Assembly (NCBI GenBank): GCA_965235115.1
Contig: OZ249436.1
Location: 53,322,001 to 53,386,000 of the forward strand
DNA length: 64,000 nt
From: Laetmonice hystrix
Lineage: Eukaryota
Reading direction: 5' to 3'
Of the stretch, positions 15,001 to 25,300 are shown in pieces. A program made the translations under genes and the position numbers. The first letter of the stretch is position 1; every line of letters begins with the position of its first letter. The notes below the pieces were generated by a model. The model made no database searches and was not told the origin of the DNA. It saw nothing but the letters and a program-made list of their open reading frames with translations.

Positions 15001-15889
15001 TGATAAGCGCAAAATGGCTACATTTTTGATACGTCAAATTGAAACTACGCCCCCCCCCCCCAAAAAAAAAAAAAAATTATGATTCTTAGGCCAGATGTAT
15101 AACTGTCAAACGTATAGGTCTCGTACGTTCGCTACAGATATATGGTTGTGATGTGTACACTTCCCATTTCAGTAGCTTCTCCATATTTTAACATTAGATG
15201 CTCCTCGCCTGTAGCTTTCATTTCCACTACCTCACTGTAGTGTTTGCATGGCTACTATAGGCAAGCCGGTATGTAGGGACTTCACACTCTACTGGTTGGC
15301 CTTCCACACGGCTTGGCCCCACAGTGTACTGTTTGGCCTCAGTGTACTCTTTGGCCTCACTGTAGTGTTCGCTTGGGTGCTTGGCCAGCCAGTATACCTT
15401 GTAGCAATTCCTCCCTGTATTGTTTGGCCTCCCTGTACCGTTTGCTTGTATACAAGAGTAGCCAGTAGTATAGGGACGCCTCATGTTTCATGTTTCCATG
15501 CCTTTATTGCCAAGGAGGCAGGCCATACGTTTCGTCTATCATCTACTCCCACCTAATCTGTGTCCCCTACAGACCATCTGTAAGCGTCCGACAACGTTGT
15601 CAAGTGAATCTGTTTGCCGTAAAGGTTTAGTTAACAAGGCCAAATGACGTTGTACGCCCACACTGCTTGGCCCCACAGTGTACTCTTTGGCCTCACTGTA
15701 CTCTTTGGCCTCACTGTAGTGTTCGCTTGCGTGCTAGGCCAGCCAGTATACCTTGTAGCGATTCCTCCCTGTACGGTTTGGCCTCCCTGTACCGTTTGCT
15801 TGTACACAAGAGTAGCCAGTAGTATAGGGACGCCTCATGTTTCATGTTTCCATGCCTTTATTGTCCAGGAGGCAGGCCATACGTTTCGT
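1..15889. repeat. Tandem array (satellite) of ~830-bp monomers; 19 full copies plus one partial terminal copy; continues beyond the left window edge
   Basis: Equivalent positions recur at 203, 1039, 1868, 2705, 3535, 4369, 5203, 6036, 6865, 7702, 8532, 9366, 10196, 11025, 11864, 12696, 13569, 14409, 15248. Copies are near-identical. The last unit jumps back internally at ~15659 and similarity ends at ~15889. Confidence 0.98.
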
Positions 15890-16340
15890 ATTGTAAATCG
15901 AACCGTGAATTAAGATTGGTATCTGTTTGGAGTATCTAACTTCTATATTTTCCAGGCATGTCAACGTCCGTTTGATCAGAATACGGCTGTGCTTATAACC
16001 ACTACGTGAACGCTATGGAAGTGATTTGCATGTAGACCGGGAGCCAGCTAGGTTTCAATTACACTATTGCGTACGAAAGGTTTGATGATGGCTATCTATC
16101 AGTAGTGGTAGTGTAACAAAGAAAACCCATTTCTTAAGTTCGGCATTCCTGGCGTTAAGGGGTGGGGGACCCCCCAAACCCCCAAAAATTAACTTTCAAT
16201 TACACTTTTGCGTACAAGTCTGAAACTTGGCCCTATATTACCAGTAATCATCAGTGATAACAAAAATATAACTTAAGAAAAGAAATTGTCTGGCATTATT
16301 ATTTAAGAAGGGCCCCTTTAGGGGCTCAAAACGGGGTTCA

Positions 16341-17765
16341 ATTACACTTTTACGTACAAACAAATTAGTTCGCTTTTCTTGTCACACTGAATATATCTGA
16401 AACATAAATAATGCTCAAGAAAGGCTCATTCCTGGCATTTTCGGATAAGAAGGGGTCTAATGACCCTTATACGACAAAAAGGGGTCATTATGTCCCCAAT
16501 TACATTTTTGCATACAAACAAATTACTTCGCTTTTCTTGTCACATTGAATGTATCTGAAACAAAAATAATGCTCAAGAAAGGCTCATTCCTGGCATTTTC
16601 GGATAAGAAGGGGTCTTAAGACCCTTATATGACAAAAAGGGGCCATACGTCTCCAATTACACTTTTGCATACAAAAAAATTACTTCGCTTTTCTTGTCAC
16701 ATTGAATGTATCTGAAACAAAAATAATGCTCAAGAAAGGCTCATTCCTGGCATTTTAGGATAAAAAGGGGTCTTATGACCCTTATATGACAAAAAGGGGC
16801 CATACGTCTCCAATTACACTTTTGCATACAAAAAAATTACTTCGCTTTTCTTGTCACATTGAATGTATCTGAAACAAAAATGATGCTCAAGAAAGGCTCA
16901 TTCCTGGCATTTTCGGATAAGAAGGGGTCTTATGACCCTTATATGACAAAAAGGGGTCATTATGTCCCCAATTACACTTTTGCATACAAAAAAATTACTT
17001 CGCTTTTCTTGTCACACTGAATATATCTGAAACATAAATAATGCTCAAGAAAGGCTCATTCCTGGCATTTTCGGATAAGAAGGGGTCTTATGACCCCTAT
17101 ATGGCAAAAAAGGGCCATACGTCTGCAATTACACTTTTGCATACAAAAAAAAATCTTTGCTTTTCTTGTCACATTGAATGTATCTGAAACAAAAATAATG
17201 CTCAAGAAAGGCTCATTCCTGGCATTTTCGGATAAGAAGGGGTCTTATGACCCTTAGGCCTATTTGACAAAAAGGGGCCATACGTCTCCAATTACACTTT
17301 TGTATACAAAAAAATTAGTTCGCTTTTCTTGTCACATTGAATGTATCTGAAACAAAAATAATGCTCAAGAAAGGCTCATTCCAGGCATTTTCGGATAAGA
17401 AGGGGTCTTATGACCCTTATATGACAAAAAGGGGTCATACGTCTCCAATTAGACTTTTGCGTACAAACAAATTACTTCGCTTTTCGTGTCATATCAAATG
17501 TATCTGAAACAAAAATAATGCTCAAGAAAGGCTCATTCATGGTTTTTTTCGGATAAGAAGGGGCCTTTTGACCTTTATGTGACAAAAAGGGGTTCCATGT
17601 CCCCAATTACTATTGCGTATATGGAAACTTCTTAAGCTGGTTGGCATTAACTTAAGTACTGGAAACAAAAATGATGCTTAGGAAAGGCTCATTCCTGGAA
17701 TTTCGTACAAGAAGGGGTCTTTTGACCCTTTAAGTGACAAAAAGGAGTCACAAATATTTGAGAAT
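16341..17765 (+). repeat. Left-arm minisatellite, ~9 copies of a 157-158-bp unit
   Basis: The ATTACAC(T) anchor recurs at 16341, 16499, 16656, 16813, 16971, 17128, 17291, 17448, 17606; inner copies are more diverged. Confidence 0.93.
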
Positions 17766-19314
17766 TACACATCAGAGGTACATGTACTTGGAAACCTCAT
17801 TCCCAAATTCAGTACAAATAAGCTTGGAGGAACTCTAAATATTATATTGCACGGCTTCAGCCTCGAAAATGAATGTTTAAAGAGTGGATTGCCAATGTCA
17901 ACTGACAGAGGCAATGTTTTCCAGTTCCAAGCCGCAGGTTGGGTGGTTTGGTATGCTGTTTAAGCCGTATGCCACATTCTAGCGACAAAACTTGTTCTTG
18001 CAATTGTTCTTGTAGGCCCACATTCAAAAAAATTAGCCTTTCAAGGCATTTACCTTTGTTTGCTTCATTCATTTCACTTGAGGACTGTGAGGGTTAGCTC
18101 ATATTGACAGTATATTGTAATCCTACTGCTGGTTTATAATATAATGTTATTTGCGGATTCTTTCTGAAAAGTCACTGTTTGCAGAAATCTAGCCGAGCCT
18201 TTTGAATCGCCAAATTATCTGAAGAAGATGGAGCGAAACGATCTAGATGTGTAGGACAACATGTACTTCAAACACACCGTAAATTTTCCTCTAAGCCAGA
18301 GATTACAATCATGTGTCAAAGGTCGATAGTCTCTATGTTCACGAGGTTGTACCTAGTAGACGTAAGGGGTAGGCCTGTGTAGTATCAACCTTGTGTATCC
18401 AACGCTAGGCATTATGTGCATTGGTCAACAAAAAAGAAATCATGCTTATTTAAGTAACAAATCTGCAAGATTATATTATGCCCTTGTCAGACTGCACAGT
18501 TCATAGTCACTTTTAAACTTACATTTTTATAGTGACCCATTGGACATAAGTGCTTAAAAAGATTAAACTGGCCCTTTTTAGGCTGTTGCATACCTGTTGC
18601 TAAAACATGACTAAATAGCTTATCTAGAAACATGTCCCCAATTACTTTTGCGTATATGGAATCGTCTTACATATAAGGGGTCATCTCTACAGGCTTGTAG
18701 ATGGATGTCAAGTATTAACACAAATCACTATACTTCTGCATGATTTTGTTGACTTGCAACCAGAGTCCAAATGAGGCGCAGACAGAAAAATACACAATTA
18801 GTTATTTGGTCCTAGCAGATCTATAATATGACCATACAGAAGAATAAATTACTCCGGAGGTATCTGTAGGATATATATCACCGGAAGAAATCAGTGGCAA
18901 AAATATTGCATATTTCTTTAAATCCCCATATTTTAAATATTATAGTCTTTTAGCATTTTTTCTGTAAAACATAGACCATTTTGGTGGTGTTTAGGGCACT
19001 AGTGTCACAAATCGCAGATAGGTAAAAGTATACTTCCCTGAAAAGCTCTCATCCAGCCAGATGCAATAAAATAGAAAAACCTCAAGCGAAAGTGTTTAGG
19101 AATGATTTATGAAGCAGAAAAGCAAATGTACACCATTTGTCAATGGTTCGTGAGAATCTGGTAAAATGACATTCTGCCCCTGACCCTTTCTCATCTGCAA
19201 GATGTTTCAAAGTTATCTGCAAATACTAGAAATGAGAGCCTGTCTGAATATGGCATTTATCCCTCTGAGAGAACCATTAAAGTCGAAATGTTTCTCAAGT
19301 GTATTAATTAACCC

Positions 19315-20241
19315 GTTTTGTCACTCGAAGGGTCAAAAGACCCCTTATACATTGAAAACTCCAGGAATGAGCCTTTCCTGAGCATCTTTTTTGTTTCTAG
19401 TACTTATGTTAATACCAACCAGCTTGAGAAGGTCCATATACGCAAAAGTGTAATTGGGGACATGGGGCCCCTTTTTTCACATAAGGGTCAAAATACCCCT
19501 TCTTATCCGAAAATGCCTGGAATGAGCCTTTCTTGAACATTATTTTTGTTTCAGATACATTCAATGTGACAAGAAAAGCAAAGTAATTTGTTTGTACACA
19601 AAAGTGTAATTGGAGACGATGGCCCTTTTTGTCATATAAGGGTCATAAGACCCCTTCTTATCCGAAAATGCCTGGAATGAGCCTTTCTTGAGCATCATTT
19701 TTGTTTCAGATACATTCAATGTGACAAGAAAAGCGAACTAATTTTTTTGTATGCAAAAGTGTAATTGGAGACGTATGGCCCCTTTTTGTCATATAGGCCT
19801 AAGGGTCATAAGACCCCTTCTTATCCGAAAATGCCAGGAATGAGCCTTTCTTGAGCATTATTTTTGTTTCAGATACATTCAATGTGACAAGAAAAGCAAA
19901 GTTTTTTTTTGTATGCAAAAGTGTAATTGCAGACGTATGGCCCTTTTTTGTCATATAGGGGTCATAAGACCCCTTCTTATCCGAAAATGCCAGGAATGAG
20001 CCTTTCTTGAGCATTATCTTTGTTTTAGATACATTCAATGTGACAAGAAAAGCAAAGTAATTTGTTTGTACGCAAAAGTGTAATTGGAGACGTATGACCC
20101 CTTTTTGTCATATAAGGGTCATAAGACCCCTTCTTATCCGAAAATGCCAGGAATGAGCCTTTCTTGAGCATTATTTATGTTTCAGATATATTCAGTGTGA
20201 CAAGAAAAGCGAACTAATTTGTTTGTACGTAAAAGTGTAAT
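19315..20241 (-). repeat. Right-arm minisatellite, ~6 inverted copies of the same 157-bp unit
   Basis: The AAAGTGTAAT anchor recurs near 19444, 19601, 19756, 19917, 20074, 20231; it is the reverse complement of the left-arm unit. Confidence 0.93.
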
Positions 20242-21365
20242 TGAACCCCGTTTTGAGCCCCTAAAGGGGCCCTTCTTAAATAATAATGCCAGACAATTTC
20301 TTTTCTTAAGTTATATTTTTGTTATCACTGATGATTACTGGTAATATAGGGCCAAGTTTCAGACTTGTACGCAAAAGTGTAATTGAAAGTTAATTTTTGG
20401 GGGTTTGGGGGGTCCCCCACCCCTTAACGCCAGGAATGCCGAACTTAAGAAATGGGTTTTCTTTGTTACACTACCACTACTGATAGATAGCCATCATCAA
20501 ACCTTTCGTACGCAATAGTGTAATTGAAACCTAGCTGGCTCCCTAACTAATGATGCCGTCTGGACTAGACAGAAGTGAACGCGGTCTAATGACTACGTGA
20601 ACGCTGTAGAACCTCTTGATCAACGCCTGTAGATTCCTTCATAATTAAGCACAACACATCTACTCTCATTATCACATTAAAAAGATATGGATGTATATGC
20701 TGGTTTAGGCCCCTAGAAGAATAGGCCTACTAGATGCACTATTCTTGCCCCAACTGTAGGCCAATATATAATCTGACTATAGTGCATTCATCTAGTCTGA
20801 CTGGGAAGAAGAATATGCGTTCATATAGGCCTAATGGGAAGGCCGGCTAACAGTGCACAGGCGACCAAGAGTGCGCAGCCCTAATTGACCCACTCATGAA
20901 AGAAACGTACAGTCTTGGTTTCACACTCAAGCAGACGACGCTATATCGTACCCGTGTGTGCAGCGAGGTTATCATCCCGACATATCACGTATAGTAGGAG
21001 AGCTAAGTTGTGAATAACTGCCTTCAAGATTTTCTTCCCCATCCAGGGAATTCCGATGTTATGACAACATCAACAGATCAATGGAAAAATTCTCCGTACC
21101 CGTTAAAATGCAGCCTGTCAGCATTGCTAAACTATACGACACATCTGACTTCAGTCTTTTTCACTAAAAGGCCTAAAATGTGTGCGCTAGTCAGAGTCGG
21201 GTAAGAGTAGGCCTATACACAGGTGGCAAATTCATGTTGAGATATATTAGCACAAATTCAGTTAGTTAATTCAGAGAGTTTATTCTGTAAGGGTGGCTTA
21301 ATTTAATATCTTCATATCAGATATCTCCGGAGAGCAAAGTTGGCGTATTTGTGTTCGGTTACCTA

Positions 21366-21453
21366 CACTCTAAAAACAGATTGGTTGAATTAACCAATAT
21401 TGGTTGATTCAACCAATATCTTGGTTAATTTCAACCAATCTGTTTTTAGAGTG
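21366..21453. mobile_element. 88-bp hairpin MITE with CACTCTAAAAA termini and TA duplication (CMC/EnSpm-like)
   Basis: TA|CACTCTAAAAACAGATTGGTTGAA ... TTCAACCAATCTGTTTTTAGAGTG|TA; internal AACCAAT/ATTGGTT repeats. Confidence 0.75.
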
Positions 21454-21580
21454 TAGACAGAAACTCACTTTGTTCAGAATTTTAACTTGGATTTATCACG
21501 TCGAAAGACTACCTATGCAGAATACCAGAAATTTTACGATTGTAGCATTGATGTAAAAATGATATTCACCCATAGCCTAC

Positions 21581-21768
21581 ACTTTGCTATGCTTTTTCTG
21601 TTAAATCATAACATGCACACTCCTGCCCACCCCCTCTGCGCACTCCTGTCCAAATGGTGGGATAAGAGTGCGCAGACTTTGCTATGCTTTTTCTGTTAAA
21701 TCATAACATGCACACTCCTGCCCACCCCTCTGCGCACTCCTGTCCAAATGGTGGGATAAGAGTGCGCA
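21581..21768. repeat. Tandem duplication of ~94 bp (2 copies)
   Basis: ACTTTGCTATGCTTTTTCTG...GATAAGAGTGCGCA is repeated head-to-tail with a single C indel. Confidence 0.9.
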
Positions 21769-22393
21769 TTTTCATATACTTGACTTTGTGTTGAATTCTG
21801 AAAAAAGTTTTATATGTATGACATTCCTATTCATTTAATAAAAGGAACGTTATAGTTGTTACTTATATTCTGTAAGTTTGGAGTCGTTTCGTTCATTCAT
21901 GCAGATATTAGGAGTCTATGGAAACTGCGCACTCTTAGCCGACAAGTCAGCCACTTGCGTTCACGTAGTAAACTCCTAAAAGTTATACCACGTATTTCGT
22001 ACTCGTACAGTCAATTTAAGGTATACAGGTCAGAATTGATATAGGTATAGGGCCTATAACTTCTACATTACAACCCGTGAGAGTTCATCTCAGGTTAGAA
22101 TACATTTACAGCAGCCCACATTTATGATTATATACCTAAGCCGATTTCCTGATGTACACAGAAGTAACCTATATGTACTCGCCATTTTGGCGCGTTCACT
22201 TAGTATGCCATCAGGCATTGCTCAGGGCAACTACGGGTCGCTGACGTTGCCCTTCAGGAAGGAGAGGTTGGATCTATAAATTGACTCTCGCTATACATAC
22301 GACGATCAGAAACCCGACACTGTCTCAGTTGCTCGCCAGACATGATCGAAGTTCTACTGATGTAGGCCTACACACGTGACTATATAAGGAGCG

Positions 22394-25300
22394 ATGGATA
22401 TGCAGCCACGCTGGAAATGGTCGTGGGTTTTGCTGTCCTTTGCGATTGCTTTTCAGCCCGGCGGCAAGTATAGAGTTAATAATCATAGGCCTACGTATTT
22501 CCTGTAAGGCTTAGGAGACCGTTTTGGTCTTTATTCTCTTTCAGAAATTGCAAATTACAGAAAAGAATCCGTTTTAAGCTGTTAGAATGTAGTGCGATCC
22601 AATATTCGATTTCTTGCTTTTCTTTTTTAAAAGCTGATATTCTAGGCCTACCCGTCAGAAATACGACGGAAGGGCATAGGGCTGTGTGATGATTGAGCTA
22701 TAGGATAAGCTATGTTATTGCGCAGGATCTTATGGATTATCGGTGCGACAGTGGGTTAAAATCTATATCAAAGGCTGCATTTATTCCAATTTCGTAAGAT
22801 TTTGGCTGTTGCAATCCATGGTTCCTCACAGTGGTAGCCGATATGATAATATCATATATTTATATTCTTTCTAAAGAAATAAACAAATAAATAGCTAAGA
22901 CGCGGACACCATGACCTGTGGTGATTTTTTCAGTGGTTCTTGGCGATGAGAAGCGTGTGTACGAAGAGGTGATAGAAGCACATCATTACAACCCTAGGGT
23001 CCGGCCTAGAATTAATCACACTGCACCTGTCGTTGTCACGGTCGAATTCGAACTACGCCAGATAAGCAGCCTTGTTTGTATATTTCCTCTAACGAACTAA
23101 TATGGTTACTATTGAGGACATGACAGTTTGTAAGAAAAAGGTATAATGAGAGGAAAATAAATTCCAACAATAAAATAGTACACAATAGAAGTCATAACAG
23201 TGATTATTACAAAGATCTCTCCTTCATATATTGATATTGTTCTTTTCTTTTCCAGGATCAGGAAAATCAGATCCTCTATACGGCTGGCTACATTGCTGCG
23301 GTATGTACTGTTTCTATATGGGTAAGCGAGGTCTTCGTTGTACTCTTCCACGTCCCGTCGGGTTCGTTCCAATTCGTCGATGTTCTATTTAATACATTAT
23401 ATATGTATACAGTGTAGTCATTGCATTATTTGCCTTTCATGTCAATATTGTATGTGAATAATCCTATATATACATGTACTTACTTTTTCACATGACAAAA
23501 ATGTAATGTTTTTGCATTATTAATATGTTTATATGCATGGTGCATGAACAACTATGTTACCTATACATCTCCATGTAGGCCTACATTTGTGTAAGACAGT
23601 ATTATTTGTGTTACTCTCTTTCAACAATTTACAGATTTACTATAATATTAAGAGAGAACGTAACGAGGGTGGTGTACGGAAGTCGTACACCATGGCCCAT
23701 GAGTTTTGTTTGCTAGATCCGTATACCACGAGAGGCCGTAGGCAAAATAATAATAATTGTTCGTTTCTTTTCATTAGCTGGATCCGCATAACACGAAAGG
23801 CCGTAGACAAAAGCTTATCATTTGCTGATGGTCAAACCAAAACCAGTATAGGTCTATACCATGCATGGTTCCCAGTAATTTCCATTGGGTGTTAATTTTG
23901 TTCCTATATTATCGAATTTTCTGTTGGATAAATGTCTTTTTAACTGTGTGTTTTCCCACAAATAGATCTGCAGGCCGTAAATTAACAAATGCTTGCTTAA
24001 AACCGGAAGAAAATTGACTGTCTGGCATTTTGGCTTTTAAAAATTGACCGAAGTGAATTACATGTACATGCTTTATGACTCTTTCAAAAGGAATATGGTC
24101 TTTATCGATTTTTTCGACAATAAGGAACATCCTCGACATAATTGAACCATGTCACTATGACACCAAGGTAAACTCTCTAGTAAAGTTTTAGGAGTAGCCT
24201 TCAATGAGGCTTGATCGCATTTATTTACAGGAATGGACAGACGATTACCTCAAATGGGTTCCTGAAGAGTTTAACGGCACCAGCAATATTGTGGTGCCTC
24301 CAACGTCTGCATGGCTGCCTGATTTTGGCATTATCAATAGGTAACTGTAAATCTGATCTAGTGTTCACATCGTGGCCGGCGACGTCGTGAACACCGACGC
24401 TGACGCCGACTCGACATGGGTTACCATATACGAGTGCGAGAGCAATGCCCCCCCCCCCCGTCGAGACCCGTTCATTTATTAAAATGTCCGCCCCTAAATC
24501 TAGAAAAGAGGGTGCTTTCTTTCTTAGAAATTGCGTTATCTAAGAGATGTCATTTTTGAAAATTCATTAATGCCATCTTTGGTTTCCGGCGTCAGGATAT
24601 AGGTATGCTACCAAGTGTTTCATAAAGAGTCGGCGACGGTGTTAACGCCGCATGTAGATCTATAGCATTTAACCTTCCAGGTTTATTTATTTATTTCCTT
24701 TTATTTGTTTAACATTATATTGCCGCCACTGTTTGGGAACAGAACTGTTGAATATTCTATACGTATAGGCCTAACTTGTGGCTCCTTTACGATATAGAAA
24801 TCCCACGGTGCACGTAGTCCTTCTGAGGACATCAACATTTTCGGGCCGAGAACTGCTGCTGAACAATCTGCCGAACGCTGCATGGACCGTTCTCTCAGTC
24901 TCCTTCGCTGTCCAAACCGTAGTGTCCAGAAGTATTTTCTTCTGTTCTGAACGCACGAATGTGGTCTGCCTTTTGTTCTGTAGACATGGTATGATGACTA
25001 CTTAAACTGGAAACCCGAAAACTACAATGGTACCGACACTATTGTGACCACGCCATCCGTCGTGTGGCTTCCAGACTTTGGGGTGAAGAACAGGTAGGGA
25101 CTTTATGTCTAGGTTTAGCCGTATAGAGCATCCCTGGACTTGCTACGCCTATGACACTTTAGAAAAACTGTCCAGTCAGATTATTATTCATCTATAGACC
25201 TATCTGGAGACGCTGTGGGATCTTTCAAGGGGGGGGGGCAGGCGCGTGTCGGGGGGGGGGGGGGGGTGCACGCCTGATGCGGCCTTCTGATGTGGTCGCT

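Larger units (their letters stand above)
16039..20543. mobile_element. Foldback-like non-autonomous DNA element (~4.5 kb) with long inverted arms made of ~157-bp tandem subrepeats
   Basis: The left end GGGAGCCAGCTAGGTTTCAATTACACTATTGCG (16039) is the exact reverse complement of the right end (...CTAGCTGGCTCCC, 20543). The outer ~0.4 kb of the arms match almost perfectly. The ~1.55-kb central spacer has no long ORF. No clear TSD. Confidence 0.85.

Noticed and set aside
182..15913. Repeated 102-103-aa ORF (MATIGQPVRCKD...) in nearly every satellite monomer, as a tandem gene family
   Set aside because: No recognisable domain. It is built from short DNA subrepeats, many variants are non-synonymous, and one copy has a stop (13707-13709). 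Near-identity of the copies explains why the ORF persists. RNA-seq or ribosome profiling would be needed to revive the idea.
17760..19315. Transposase in the foldback central spacer
   Set aside because: Only short ORFs with no recognisable DDE or zinc-finger motifs.
1..20543. CRISPR array or tandem RNA-gene cluster (5S, snRNA, tRNA)
   Set aside because: There are no unique spacers or cas genes, the context is eukaryotic, and I recognised no RNA-gene motifs in either repeat unit. An Rfam scan would be decisive.
16001..20605. ACTACGTGAACGCT on both sides of the foldback element, as a TSD
   Set aside because: The copies lie ~24 and ~48 bp from the termini rather than abutting them.
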